Below, one piece after another: positions 22,100 through 36,300 of a DNA stretch of 64,000 bases. The translations under genes were made by a program, and so were the position numbers. Location of the stretch: positions 558,001 to 622,000 of the forward strand of contig OZ287078.1 of the NCBI GenBank assembly GCA_965645245.1. The letters run 5' to 3'. This DNA is from Massalongia carnosa. Taxonomy: Eukaryota. The notes beneath the pieces were generated by a model, which saw nothing but the letters and a program-made list of their open reading frames with translations, had not been told where the DNA came from and made no database searches. Every line of letters starts with the position of its first letter. Position 1 is the first letter of the stretch.

Positions 22100-25000
22100 T
22101 GATATCCTTCCTCTTTATTCAGTTACTCTCTCCCCCCGTCTTCCCGCCTTACCGCCCTATCCTTTCCTCCGCCCCTTTATACCTTCCAAAAACTTAGGGG
22201 GAAGGCATATAATGTACTAACACTATCACCAACTCACCCTACCTCATTCTTTCCACCAATCCCATCCCCCCTGTAAACCCTCCCTTCCCCCAAAACCCCT
22301 GTCCCCATCTCCCATCCATTCGCCAATCAGCCATACCTCCATTCATCCATCCATCTCTCCAATCCACACCCACCCTCTATAAGCCTTTAGATCCACCCTC
22401 CGCGTCCCCACCCCTTGACCTCCTGCTACTGTTCTTCTCCTGCAGGGAGGCGCTTATGCGGTGATGAGTAGATGGTTATTTTTATGTTGGTTCTGGGTTA
22501 AGGGAGGGAGGAGAGGAGAGGATGAGAGATGAGCTGAAAGGAGGATGAAAGGGTGGGGAAAGAGCTGCAAGTGTGGTAGAAACGATGGAAAAATAAAATA
22601 TATCAGGAAAGGGGAAACTCCAATCGCCTCTCCCCCTCCTTTTTGCAAACTTCCCATTCCTCTCCCCTTCCTCATCCGCTGGGACTGTCCCAGCCACAAC
22701 CATAACTGCCGTTGAAAGGGATTAATACATACACACACACACAAACTCATACGCACACGCACACACACACTCTCTCTCGCAACATCCTTCTCGAGAGCCG
22801 GGAGCCAAGATAGGCAAACAGGCAGGTACTGGCTACGTTGTGTTGGATTTGGTTTGGGGGGGAAGAAGGGATAGAAGGGAAAAGGACGAGGTGAGAGAAG
22901 AGACAAGCTAAGTCAATATTTTCTTCTTTCTTTCTTATTCCTAGTTAAATATCTAGTCATTAACACAAGACATCTCTGCTTTTTCTCATTTCTATTCCAT
23001 CTAATCAAACATGGATATGACTATAGATATCTCCTTTTATCAAGATCCCCCTTTTTTATTTAAATTTCATTCGGCTATACATACATACATGCAAAACTCA
23101 GTGATCTCAAAATCGGATTTTGAGCTGCTTCTTTTGATAGAGAGATAAATAGCTAATCTAGAATAGTAGCTACGGGGGTAGCTGATGGAGTAATGAGTGA
23201 TGGAGAAGCAGGCGAATTAGTTACTAAACCAAATCGGAAGCCCAATGGAATCAGCTTTTGGGTAGGTGTCGATATGCGAAGCAAAATAATAGAGGTGTGT
23301 GAATAGGAGAGAGATTTGAGAGTTAAGCTACCCCTTTTTTCGACTTATTTTTTTTTAAATCCATTGCTTTCTTTTCTACTTCTTCCTTTCATTCTTCGTT
23401 TTCTATCTTCATTCCTTTCTCGCAGGAAAAGACACATAAATTTTCCAATCCCAATCCATTAAACACTTCATATCAAAGCCTTTCTTCTCATCATCATCAT
23501 CATTATCGTTTCTATCGATCCAGCCTCTCTTTTTTCTATCTTTTACGGAGAACAAGTTAATCAATATATAATTTATTGAGTGAGGTAGTCGGCTCATCGG
23601 TTCTACCGGTTGATCGGCTGGTCTCTGTGTCAATAACCTAAATCAAGTTTGTCTGTCTGTCATTCAGTTAATCAATCAATCTATTAGCCAACCATCGGCC
23701 CATTCATCTCATCTTATCATTTTTTCACTCACCCATACCTCTTCCTAACCCAATCCTTCCATCTCTCTATATAAATATATAAGTAGCCTAATTATTAGCT
23801 AAACCCCCTCTTCTCCAGCCTCTTCCCCTTCTTCTCCAGCCTCTTCCCCTTCTTCATCCTTGCTTCCCTTCTTCCTCCTCTCTCCCTCTCCCTCTCCTTG
23901 ATCTATTCAGCATTGAACAAGCAGAAATCTAGCCACCCAGAGCGAGAGAAAGGGGTAGCTTTCGAGTTTGTGGGTTTGTATTTTTTTTGATAAGAGCTAG
24001 ATGAATACAGCACTTTTTTCTTTCATTCCATTTCTACCTTCCTTGTTCGCCCCCCTCCTCCCCCTCATTATCAATTCCTCCCTTTTCCCTTTTTCCTTTC
24101 TTCTTACCTCTCCTAGCAAAACCCTCACGAATCCACCAATTTCACAAACCCAGAAAAATTCCCACTTTCTTTTCCGAAATCAAGAGTTTAGCTTCATTTC
24201 TTGTCTTGTCGTTCGTGCTGAGTCTCAAACCTTCTTCATCGCTTCTTTTCTTTTTTAAGAGGGGAGGGAATTTCTCTTCATGATATAAATCAAAAAAAGG
24301 AAAGGGGAACAAGGATGATGAATGAAAGGGAATATTGTAAAATTAATTCGGCTGGGGTGAAAGATAATGCCAGGATCGAGGGGAGGCAGGCCGTGAACAG
24401 CCGATGAAGGCCAAGGGCAAGGGGAAGATTTTCAAATAGTTGATCTTCTAGCACTCTTCTCCTCATCATCAATATTAATTCGAAGTTCAGCACCAAAACG
24501 TCTTTTTTTCATTCACTCATTTCTTGACTCAGCCGCATAGATAAGAGGAATACAAAGTCATTATAGGAGGAGCCCTCAGCAAAACTGAGCGCTAGCCAGG
24601 CAGCAGCGAGGTGGGAGTTGCCCAATCATAGGTAGGAATTGTATATATGTTCAGCCGATGGAGCCCGCGAGTTACTGAAACGAAAAAAAAAACCGCGTAC
24701 AAACGGTTCTCCCTTCTTGTTTTTTTTGCCTGTTGCATCACACTTTTATCAAGCCAGCCACACTGATCCAGTTAGCTAAAGCATTACAAGATTCTTGTAT
24801 CCTACTAACAAACATCTTCACATAAACTAAACTGATAATCATTTTTCAGGTAGCAAAATTGACGTGGTCCCATTTCATCCTCCTCCTCTTAAATGGCTCA
24901 ACTATCTCTCTCTCTCTCTCTCTATCTACATACCCAGCAGCGGCGAGAGCTTTCCTACTTTCTTTTTTCCTCTTCACAAAATTCCAAAGCTCAAATCCAA

Positions 25001-26300
25001 CTATCAACATCATCAACTCATCTTAACATTTTTTCTTCGTATCTCTCTCTCTCTCTCTCTCTTTCCTATCCCTCTTGCATAGTCTATTTCATTTCTTCAC
25101 TCTTGCTCATTCCACCCATTCCATCTATTCCCTCCTCCCCCTCCTAAATTAATCATTCCCCAATCTATTCTCCCTTTCTTTCAATATTTCAATCAACGCA
25201 ACACAACAAAACGTAATCCACTCTCACCCAACATAAAAACAAAGTCTCTGACCTCCCTTTTCCTTCCCCCTCCCACAAATCCTCCTTCTTCTCCCCCATC
25301 ACCCCCCCTAACAAACCTTCTGCTCTGCCGCACGCACACATACCTTTCGCAAGAAAAAAGAAGAAAAAAACCAAGAGTCCCTTTCCCCCCTTTCGTTCTT
25401 CTCCCTTTCCTTTCTCGGTCTCCTAAAAAGCTGAACTCAACTGAGCTGCTTAGTGGACTATGAATGGATATATGGAGGAATGGGATGGATAGATAGACAG
25501 AAGGGATAGATAGATGAGATAGATGAGATGAATGAGATGGAGGATGCGAGGGATGCAAGAGATGAGATGGATAAAGGACGAGATGAACGAGACAGATGGA
25601 TAGACTGACAAAACAAACCCTAAAAAAAAAAACCCTCCCCACACATATATCTACAGACAGGCAGATAGACAGATCTACCAGACAGATATACTAGCCAGAT
25701 ACGTATATCAGATCGAGCTACCAGACAAGTACACCAGACAAGTACGCCAGACAAATACATCAGACAGACAGACAGACACACCAGTCAGATCCGTCTGCCA
25801 GACAGATATTCCAGGAAGAATAAAGCCAATCAAAAAAAAATGAAAAGAAAACCACAAGCAGAGGTAGGAAAGGAAGACAAGACAAGACAAGACAAAACAA
25901 CAAGAAAGAAAAAAGATATGCATATAAAACCAGCAAAACACCAGCAAATAACCCAATAAACCCATAAATCGAAACGGAAACGACCATCAAGTAGTGAGTA
26001 TATCGCACGCATAGAATGAATGAACATGCAAACAAACATATTAATAAAACAAGTTCATAGAATGCGAATTTTAATGACATACATGGAGTTTGTATTAGGT
26101 TGTGATGCGTTGCGCTGTTTCGCAAAAGGAAGAATAGGAAAGAATCGAAAGAAAGAACTTGGCCTACCTACTCTCTACATAGCTGAAAAGCGTGGAAGGG
26201 GTTATTTATAAGTTTTGATTTGGGGAAATGAAATATTTAAAAAAAATCACATTTTCCACGCCCATTTCAACTAATGATCTATCCCAACTCCCCCCAATTC
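22100..26300. repeat. Low-complexity / microsatellite-rich intergenic tract
   Basis: (CA)n, (CT)n, (AGAC)n, (GACAA)n, (GATGA)n and long purine/pyrimidine runs. The short ORFs here are compositional artefacts. Confidence 0.8.
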
Positions 26301-27077
26301 TCCAGTTCTCCAACAATCCCCCACCTCCTACGCTACAGATACAGATACAAAGCCTCCTAACCATGTATGTGCCCTAGAGGTATACGAAAAACCACGCTCT
26401 GGGTTGTCCCTTTTGCCGCAGTCTTGGTTGCTTGTAGTGATCGAGGGGGGAGGAATTTGCAACCGCAACACTAACCACCCTTCCCCGTCCTCCTGCCGGT
26501 TTGGCTTTAAACGGAGCATTTGCGGACTAATGAACGAATAAATGGAGGGTTGGGGGGATGGAAGTACATTCAGCTAACTAACCGGCTAAGTATATAAGCA
26601 AGCACCCCTAACCTCCGGGGTCCCATGAATGGCTTGGAGGGCATCCTGACCCCCCTCATCTCTACCTGTGGCGGTGACTCTTGTGGAGTCTACGAGCACC
26701 AAGTATCATCATTGGCTTTGAGAGCTGGCTTCTCGTCTCCGGTTATCATCCGAGACAAGGGTTGAGGGTGCGGGTTTCTTCTCTGGAAGTCCCTTGGGAG
26801 GAAAAGACAAGGGATGGGAAGGTATTTTGGAACAACGGGCTTCGATCTTGTGTTGCTAGGGTCTGGAATAGTGAGATGCTGTATTTAGATGGTGTTGACC
26901 ACTGTCCGGTAGAATGTTTTCAGTCTGGATTCTGATAACCCTGCCACTCGTTTGCTCGTCTTCGTAAGTCCTGCCTTTCATAAAAGCTCGAAAACGCCTT
27001 CAAACATCCAGAAGGTTGCTAGGTTAAGCATCATGGAATCGAATCCATTAGGTTACTACTACACGAAACGTAATCTT

Positions 27078-28495
27078 TCAAGACTTTCCGGGTTTCCGTA
27101 GGCGTTGCCCGGCGTTAAGAATCCTTACCGCGTCTTTGGTGTACATGTAACTTGCCCCGCTCCAGATCGTTGTAGCGCCGACCAAATACCTGAACTCATC
27201 AGCCGGGTCTCTGTCACTACAGCAATCAAGACGGAGGACCGACAACCACACATCTAAGGAAAGAAAATTAAAGAAAATCAAAGAAAAGTAACAAACTTTG
27301 GCCCCCCCTCCCCCAACAAATCGAAACTGGCCTTACCTTGGCAAACTCCAATCTACAACGAACCAAAAAAATTTTAAAAAAATTTCATTACTCACCACAT
27401 AGCTCTCAACGCCCCATCTTCACCCCAGATCCCCAGATCCCCGCCTACGGCCATCCCCCCCATAGTCCACCCGACCAATCCCAGCTGAAGCGCCGTGTTG
27501 ATCTTGCTGATCCCCGTCGGTCGTACTTCAGCACTCGGTAGGCTAAAATCCCAATAACGGCCGAACGTCTTTGGCTCCGGCAAGGATATATATCGATAGT
27601 ACAGCGCAACTAGACCGAGCAGCGCATCACGGCCGAGAATCAAGATTGCGAGGGGGACTAGACTTTTGGTTAGCCCCTGAGTCTCTTGGCATAGCAAAGG
27701 CCGGAACGAAGGTACCGGGAAGGGCGGCCTTAGCAGCCAAACAAACGGTGGCGACGGTCATCAACGTCTTGTCTGCCATCGGATCAATAACCGTCCCTAC
27801 GACCGTTTGCAGCTCCCATGTCCGCGCGATCCAGCCATCCACCAGGTCCGTAATTCCAGCATAAACGAACAGACAGAGAGCAGGGAGATGCTGTTCATGC
27901 AGGATGAGGTAGCCGATCACGGGTGCAGAGAGCAGGCGTGAGAACGTAAGGATATTGGGAACGGTGTAGATGTTTTCGTGGGGGTTGAGGGACGCGAAAA
28001 GGCGGGTTGGAAGTAAAGGGGAGCGTCTACACGAAACAGGGACTAGGGTCAGTGGGGAACGTTTCCAGAAAGGAAATCCAAGCCAGGAAAGAGCCTGAAG
28101 GAACCAAGCGGTTATGGTATCAATATTGAAAAGAGGCTGAAAGAACGGATGTGGTGGAAGCCGGCTCGTATGTAATGGAAGAACTTAAGTAGTTCTGCAA
28201 AAGCGCATGCGTGCAAAGAAGCGAAATGGAGCCCCAGCTTACCTTGTTCGACCTCTCTTCTCCTCGTTTCCCCCCTTTTGCCCCTCACTTGCACTCGTCG
28301 TCGATCGCAACCGCTCGCCTGGCCTAGAACATTCCCCACCGTTCTCAGCATTGTGCTCACCAACACTCTTTCGCTAGGATATACCTTCTCCCTCCTGCCA
28401 TGCCAATGCTTTCGCGATACGGCCAAAGCCATCCCGCGCTCTTCGCATGTAGTCCAAAATGCCGAGAGCGCTGAACGCCGACTCGTGCTACGCAT
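27078..28495 (-). CDS. CRD1: Cardiolipin synthase (CDP-alcohol phosphatidyltransferase family), multi-exon; 5' exons uncertain
   Basis: HENIYTVPNILTFSRL, AGITDLVDGWIAR...TVVGTVIDPMADK (CDP-alcohol signature DG..AR...G...D...D), ILGRD, RYWDFSLPSAEVRPTGISKINTALQL, YLVGATTIWSGASY. The Arg-rich N-terminus resembles a mitochondrial presequence. Confidence 0.88.
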
Positions 28496-30507
28496 GACCA
28501 GGACAGGAATAAGGTACGCGCTGACGCAACGGTTGGAAGTGCCATTACGGATTCACGGTGCGGCCAATCCAATCGGTAGAGAAGGAAAGAGAAGCACGTT
28601 ATTTAACGCATGAAGAGCGCACACGTTGTCGAACGACGGTGGCTTGAAGAAGTGAGGTCGTGAAAGAGCAATACTCCGCCTTAGGTTATTCTGCTGCTGC
28701 TGATGCAAGTGGCTTACAGATACTGCGTACTTCTGTCAAAGCATTCAGCCTTGTGCAACCTTATGACTAAGCTTAAAGTCAGCAAAAGCTCGATCTGGTC
28801 TAGCAGGCATTTATTTACCCCTTTTAATTGATGCGCGCGCACGCGCCCTGTACTCCCACCATACCCCTTTCCTAAGCAGGAATTCTCTATCGATTTCCCC
28901 CTATCCTACACCATCTTGTAGTCACCCTCCCTAACCTCATCAGGCAGTCAGCGGAGAATGCTCCGTAAGGAACTACGGGGTTGGTGGTTGAAAGCCCTAC
29001 CACAAGCACTCAACCATAGGACCGCCTCCCCTTGCCAAGCCCAAACATAGGAGGGCAAAGAGCCGGTTATCCCATGGCCATTAAGAATTCGGTTGAAGAC
29101 AATTATGACTATCATTATCCAGTTCTCAAAGGGGGGGGATACCACATCTAAACTCCGTTCGCCGTAAAACAAGCGTCACCGCGTTAAATCAAGTACATAT
29201 TCATCCCGAAACACGGTCAACATCAACACATTATCCCCATTCATCCCCCATCCTTCATCCACTATTCTCGTCCTCATTCGCATCCTTGTTTTCGTTTTCG
29301 TTATCATCCTCATCTTGATTCTCATTTTCCTCCTTCAACCCCTTAATGTCCTAATAACTGCCAAACCCCCTTGGTTGTGACTAAAGATGGTAAACGCAAG
29401 CACCCCTACCCCATCGTCCGTTATTCTTCAACAACGGCGGAATCCGCTCCCCAAGTGTCCACAATAGGTAGACCAACGGCCGCAGCTCAAAACTGTCATC
29501 TCCAATAAACATGCTATGAAACCCTCCAATACCCCACGATTTTAGGCGAGCAAAGAAGCCAAGGCCGTTTCCGGAACCAAACCGCTCGAAAGAGATTGGC
29601 CGCCAGCCCACAGGCAACAAAACGAGCCCTAAGTCCCGGGAGGCGCCTTTCTGGAATAATCGAGAAAGAGCCTTGCATGAAGATTGCGATGCACGAGAGG
29701 GAAGTTTCAACGCCGCAAGGACTGATAACGAAAATGGCGCGAAAATTTCTCGAGTGCGAGCCGTGTGACTAAGCGGGTCGGAGGTACTTGGTACATGAGA
29801 TATTCGATCCAACATCCGTAGGCGATTGGCTAGCCTCGCCTGGGGAAGTGTGCACACCGCCGGATTTAAGTAATGAGACGAACGGACTCAGCGTGCGGGG
29901 CCGCAAAAGCAAAGAGCAACCCCCCCCCCACCCCCCATATTGGCCATTCGTTGGGTTTGCTATCGTGGGGGAGAGATCGTGGGGAAAATGTGATGACACC
30001 GTTCGGACCGGTGAAGAGGCATTCGTTCCGGGGCCGCGTGGGAAGAAATGAGGGGAACTAAACGTACACGAAACACATCTTTCCATATTACTCTAGCACA
30101 TGGTTGCCCATGCATTTTTGCCGTTTCAAGATCGCTTCGAGCGAGAGAACCGCTGTGATGTCTCAACACACCAAAACGCCTCCAAAAAAACGAAACCCTT
30201 GTCCGAAGAACTCGTACGGTTAGTAGCATACATTCTATCCGATATTGCCGTCAAAAGCAAAACCGGTAACACTTTAATACGACGGAAACCGTCGGCTTTA
30301 GACCTGATTCCAAAGAAAACATCACAATACTCGAGATTATAAGACAGCCATTAACGCCACACCAGGCCGTTCGATCACGAATCGTGTTTCGCAATTTGCA
30401 CGTGCTGAAATGAGATGACCACCCCATCCAATCAAATCGAAAACCCCAGCGAATCAGGCGGAGGGAGAGGCAAGTCATGGGAACCGGCAGGCGTTCCTTC
30501 TCTTTAA

Positions 30508-31932
30508 TCATGATTGCGCCCGATAGGACGCATATGACGGCGCATCCGGTCGAGTGGTGTACGGCTGCACGTAATGCGCATGCCACGGCTGGGGAAGCAT
30601 CAAAGTACTATCGGTCACGGGCGCCACGCTGGTCGCGTTGGAGCTGTAGAAGTCGCTGTTTGGGCTGAAGGACGCTTGCCCGCCTTCGAGGAATTCGAAC
30701 ACTCCAGGCGGCCGAGGCAAGCCGTGTGTGGGTGGCGATGATGGAAAGCCCATTTGCTGCGTGGACTGCTCGGGATATGCCAATTGCTGGGACGAATTGG
30801 GCGGAGACGAATATTGTGAGGTATGCGTGTACGTCGAATGCGATGGATGAGTGATTTGCTGCGCCGAGGGATGGTTTTGTGACTGCGAGTGGTGATGCGC
30901 GATATGCTGCGCCTGGTGCTGGGCGGGGTGTTGGCCATGGTGATGGCTTGCATGTTGTGAATGGTGTAGATTTTGATGGTAGCTGGTGGGGGTGGAGGGC
31001 ATCGTGATATAGGTCGATGGAGTGGATGGCACGGAAGCGTAGCCAGCTTGGCTGGTGGACCCATGCATTGGTGTAGTATATTGAGATAAGCCCGGGTAGT
31101 AAACCTGCCCGGAGGGTTCATGATGCGGCGCATGTCCTTGACTTGCCACCGATAGGTGTCTTGTTGGATCATAACCACCAGGATAGTAGGCGTACGAACT
31201 CTGAGGCCCATCCATTTGATCAAAGGTGCCATCCCCGGCGTCGTCGAAGTTGGGAAACTTAAATTTGGGTTGATTCAAGAGCTCTTCTCGTAACGGAAGA
31301 TCTTTAAGGCGTGGGTCATCCCTGGGGGTCTCCAGATTATATTTGGCGTCCTCCAAGGAGTAGTACGAGACCAAATGATGATGCACGTTGTTAATCACCA
31401 CTGTCATCGTCTTCTTCAATAGCCCATTCTCCTTGAACTCGTACGAATCCACCAGCGAGCCTAGCAAGCCCCGGTTGGCATCCTTCTCCACGTTTTCTTC
31501 CAGCTTCACCCCCGATATCGATGGTGATCCCGGCGAAAAGCGGTAGCTCTCGTCGCCCGTGCTTGCCTTGGCCCCCGGAGTGGAGTATAGGTCGCCTTGC
31601 CGGGCCGGCCTTTGTCCTCGTTTGGTCGCCCTTTTCTTCTCCCCCGGAGGAAATGGATTGTTGAGCTGGCGATAAATGAGGAAGTTGGTCAGGATCCGAC
31701 TCGGGCTCCATGGGATCCCGTCCGTCCACCGCTTGATGCCGGAAGTGGCCTCCTCGTACACGAAAACATTCCCGCTGACGATCAACTGGTTCCGCTCCCG
31801 GTCATGGGGGCGGCGGAAGCAATGAGCCAGCGCGCCGGTGAAGCAGGCCTCGAAAATGATCAGAGCATCTTTGGTGGTTTCGATATGTCCTCGCCAGGTC
31901 GGTACACAAGCAGGGGCTTTTCCACCGTTCAT
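30508..31932 (-). CDS. RYP1: WOPR (Gti1/Pac2) family transcription factor, Ryp1/Wor1/Sge1 orthologous group
   Basis: WOPRa PTWRGHIETTKDALIIFEAC...RRPHDRER...SGNVFVYEE..SGIKRWTDGIPWSPSRIL.NFLIYR, the PGEKKRA motif typical of the Ryp1/Sge1 clade, WOPRb GSLVDSYEFKENGLLKKT...HHLVSYY, and a His/Gln/Pro-rich tail. Confidence 0.93.
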   Translation of the reverse strand: MNGGKAPACVPTWRGHIETTKDALIIFEACFTGALAHCFRRPHDRERNQLIVSGNVFVYEEATSGIKRWTDGIPWSPSRILTNFLIYRQLNNPFPPGEKKRATKRGQRPARQGDLYSTPGAKASTGDESYRFSPGSPSISGVKLEENVEKDANRGLLGSLVDSYEFKENGLLKKTMTVVINNVHHHLVSYYSLEDAKYNLETPRDDPRLKDLPLREELLNQPKFKFPNFDDAGDGTFDQMDGPQSSYAYYPGGYDPTRHLSVASQGHAPHHEPSGQVYYPGLSQYTTPMHGSTSQAGYASVPSTPSTYITMPSTPTSYHQNLHHSQHASHHHGQHPAQHQAQHIAHHHSQSQNHPSAQQITHPSHSTYTHTSQYSSPPNSSQQLAYPEQSTQQMGFPSSPPTHGLPRPPGVFEFLEGGQASFSPNSDFYSSNATSVAPVTDSTLMLPQPWHAHYVQPYTTRPDAPSYASYRAQS

Positions 31933-33240
31933 TGCAGCTCACCGCACGTTTTCAGTTCCCGCAGCACAACAACCTTTCGGGTGGTGGGCGAAGAGGAAGA
32001 AGAATGCGGCGTCCAGTCCAAGTTTTAATGAAACGATGGTTCGCAAGTAACGCACCACAGCTCGTAAGAGCCCGCACCAGAGGACGAGAGACGAAGCAAG
32101 CAAATCCAACGATCGACGTTGTTGAATAAGAACTGCAACGAAGCTTGTTTCTTTTTTCTTTTCAGGACGTGAACTACCGACAGATTGAGTTTCGGTACAG
32201 CCGTTTCGGTCGGGAGTGTCTTTCCAGGTACAAGGGACGAGATCCTCTTTAAGACCGATCTAACGCTGAGACTACGGGCGCAACGTTTTTGACTTCTGAG
32301 AAGGGGGGTGAATTTTGGGGGGGGAGACGGGGGAAGGGGGGGCGTGGTGGGCGAATGGGGGAGGTGGGTAGGGAGAAATAGAGGAATGAGTGACGGGATT
32401 GTTTTAGTTTTCGTTCGCCTTTTAGTAGTGTCGGGGGCTTGAGAAACGAAAATAGATGGGGCAGGCGCGAAGAGGCGAGTTTACTGGATAGTCGTTTGCG
32501 CTGAAGGCTAGCACGCGGTGTCTGACTAGTCTACTCTGTACTCCGAGAAAGGATAGTGCAGGACACGGACAGGATTGAATAGGATAGGACAGGACAGAAT
32601 AGGACAGGATCGAGCCAGCTCGTGCAATGCCTGACTAACCGTCGTAGGTGCCAAAGAGACCAAAGATGACCGCTTTTTGATGACCGAGAGATTGATGATT
32701 GGTTGATGGTTGATTATATGTGATTGAGACTGTAGATATAAATTAACGGGGGGGGTCCGGATTGATATGTACCGAATCGGTAGGGTTGGAATTGGCCAGG
32801 GAAGGTTCGAAAAGGGAATGATAGATGCAGGCAACACATACATCTGGCAGTACTTGATACAGTAGTGAAAATGTTTAGGTCTGTACTTCTCTAAGCAGGT
32901 GGTAGGTAGTAAGTAAGAGGTTGGAGGCATACTTCTGTAGATCGACATGTATGTATGGTATGGTAAATACAAGGATGTTGACGTACGTCCTCGAACCCTA
33001 GAAGATGAATGTCTTATGTATCGGGAGCTGGAAGGGGGAGGGGGGAGGAGCTAGAGAGGTAACGTGAGGCGAGTGGAGAGAGAGAGCTAGAGAGAGATAG
33101 GGCGGGAGGATCTCTGTAGTTAGGTAAGAGTAGAGAGGAATGAGAGAGAGGGAGAAAGAGAGAGCGAACGAGAGAGAGGGAGACCGAGGTGGTGTCGGTG
33201 TACTCTGTACTCGGCAAGGACCAATGGGACAAAGTAATTT

Positions 33241-33315
33241 GTGACTACTCTGTGTACTCTGTGTACTCTGTGTACTCTGTGTGTACTCTGTGTGTACTCT
33301 GTGTACTCTGTGTAC
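33241..33315. repeat. Tandem repeat (GTGTACTCT)n, ~7 copies, upstream of RYP1
   Basis: Directly visible 9-11 bp tandem units. Confidence 0.9.
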
Positions 33316-36300
33316 GGTACTCGGTATTCGTACTTTTTAGGGAGAGGGGATAAAAGGCAAGCGTGGGGGGCTCAGGGCATAGGGTTAGGTTTTTCCACCG
33401 TTTCCTCCCTTTTCGTTTTTCTGGTGGTGGCCGTGACCCAATACTTTGGTCGGTTCTCGTCTGTTCCTGTTACTACTGTGCCCTTTTCATTGATTCCCTT
33501 TTCCTCCCCACGTTGATTCTTCTGTATTCGGGTTTGAGCCTCGCGTGTTCAAGGCTTGCTTTGTCAGTGCGTCAACCTTCCCCCCCCCCGCCAAACATGC
33601 GTGGCCCTATCCCACCGAATGCTGTACTGCGGTAATGCACCACGCCTGCGCTGCTGGTGTGCTTCCGTGCGTCTTTGCTTCGGTGCTTGAAGAGCCCTGA
33701 TGATGGAAAATGATTTCTATAGTCCGATGCCTGGAGGAAAGAGGTGGTGAAAAGGCTTCCTGAACTGTGGACGTGAATGGGGATGCTCCCTGCGGCCTCC
33801 TCCCCCCTCCCAAATCTTCCTCCCTCTCGTTCCCGTTCCTGTGTACCGCCTTCGCTGTCGAGCTCCAATCCCTATTTACCCTACTATCTAACTTTCTGGG
33901 AATGCGGCAGGTACAATCTCGAGCACCGACCCACATGGGCAATGGCGTGATGCGCTGCTATGCTCAGGAGGGATGATGCCGATGATGACAGGCACGCAGT
34001 ACCGAAGAAAGACGCGGATGATGATGATGCTGATGGCGTTGATGGCGCTGCTGCTACTGCTGCTGCCGCCGAGAGAGGTGATATGATAAAACTGAATGGT
34101 AACGGTCATAACGGCATTGATAAACGCAATTCAATTCTACATCCCAGCCCCCCCAACCTCACCAGCCTGCTCCCCCCTGGTTTGCCACCAAAAAAAACTC
34201 GCTTGCCGGTCACGAACCCACGGATGAGCTTGGATCTAATAAATGTACAAGGTAACATCAGATCATTCTGTTGCCAACAACATATGAGTCGGGTCGTAAT
34301 ACGCATGTCATCCTAAGGATATCATCAACCTGAACGTCCCCGAAATTACCGTAGCATGGTATTCTAATCGTATCGTAACCCGTATCCTTGAGCATGGGAC
34401 ATACATACCTCGCTACGACCGCGATAGGTATACGAGTCGTTTAGCCTCCTTGCCCAATGATCTAATCATACATAGGTCGATCATGTCGAGTGTCGTGGCC
34501 ATAGTCGTGGGTGAAGAGGGAGAGATAGAGGGAGAGGAAGAACGAGGATTGGATGTGACTACGACCGGTCGTCTCTAGGCAGGGAAATGAAGGAGCTGGT
34601 CTGAATCATTTCCTGCAGCGATGTTGATGTTTTGCAGAGCCATCTCGAGCAATTCGAGGCTAAGACATCTAGACACCAGGGCCAAACGTCTGGACGAAAA
34701 CTGGTTGCTAAAATGAACGGATGTATTAGAATGCGCAGAGAGACTCGAGCGGCGATGATGTTTGGAGCTGCTACTGTTAGCGGGGAGAATGAAATGGGAT
34801 CCTTGCTCTCATTGACTTTGACGAGATGCAGCGAGCCACGGTACCGTTTCGAACCAGGTTCATCCTCGTCGAAAGAGCGGGAAAATTAGACTCTGAACAC
34901 AAAGTTGGAACGAGGTATCGGAAGAGGCCACCAAGCGAGTCAAAGAGCCGAATTGGTAGCGTCTTGGAGCCGATGCAAGACCCATTCCGGTCGCTCTCAC
35001 CCTTCACCTGTTGCTTTGCAGTTGCTGTGTCTTTGCGCTGCACTGCATGTCTAAACGTTTAAGACTCATGCGCATCCGTTGACTAGCATCGCATCGGAAG
35101 TTCCAGTCAGGCACTCACTCCACGCACGCCGGACGAATAAGACTTGCGAAAGAGGGCACCAATAGTGGCAACGGGTGGCGTGATTATCTGGTTGGACCCA
35201 CGACACCGATGTAACCAGTCTTTAATGTGCCCTCTGTCCTCTTTCCAAAGTTCATACCAACTCTGCAATTTCGCAGCGCGCAACCTCCGTATTCGCTGCC
35301 TTGTAAACTACAGCGTACGCATCCTCAACCAAAGAAGACCAGAAGCCAGCTTAGTGTTCGGGTGTGGCGGGGGTTGAGGCGCGATACTTTGCACTTGATG
35401 GACGATGATGACTGACTAACTTAGCGCACATAGTTATGCCTTGCCAGTGTGGGATGTGGGACAAGATAAGACAGGGAGTGGGAGTCGTTCTATGCACGTG
35501 ATACAGTAGGGTATCATTGAACAGACTCGGTACAGAGTGTTCTTACCGAGTAACTACAGCAGATTCTCTTGACGCCTTGCCTGGCAAGCTGGTCCGCGCT
35601 TGCTCGCACGTGATCCCTATGAGGTATGCTGATCTTCAGTCGAAGTACTGTACGGGAGAGTCGTGACTGGGACTATGAAGAGCAGGGTGGCTTTGAAGGC
35701 GGGGCAAATGAGTCTAGATCAATATCGATCGTCACCAGAGACAAGCGTCACCAGAGACAAGCGTAAGCTGGCCATCCGATCACGTATAGTCATGGAAAGC
35801 GCTCTGTACTCTGTATTGTGCACGGTACAGAGTGCCTACTCCGTATACGGACCATTCTTGGTTTATGGCTGTCGTGAAATGGTTCAAAGTCATGGAATCA
35901 TGCCTGATCATCATCATCCTGCATCTCATGTTCTGGCGGTGAAGAGTGAGGATGCAGCTTGATTGCTCTTGTTGACGAGACCAAATGCAATCCTTCCGTT
36001 GGGAGCATAAGAACTTCTGTAAGGCGCAAATACCAAGAGACTTTTGCTCTGTCTCTAAGCTCACTACGGTCTAGTTGAGTTGATAAGAATCTTAACATAC
36101 CTAGCGACAGAGCTGACTTACTTCAAGAAGGTTAGCTTCGATATCGGGAACATTCATTGAATTTAGCGTAGGAGGTAATTAGACCCGACCAGCTGGTTCA
36201 ACGAAGATACAGAGCATCGGCGCCAAAGTAGAGTGCCAGATACAATGACGACTATGAACGTCGTCTGTACAGAGTATGGAATAATATGTAATCGTTAGCT

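Noticed and set aside
22454..26211. Numerous short hydrophobic ORFs as membrane microproteins
   Set aside because: They derive from microsatellite and polypyrimidine sequence, mostly with non-ATG starts
22300..26700. Telomerase RNA gene in the long intergenic tract
   Set aside because: No convincing 1.5-repeat TAACCCTAA template in a suitable position on either strand; cannot be supported without a covariance search
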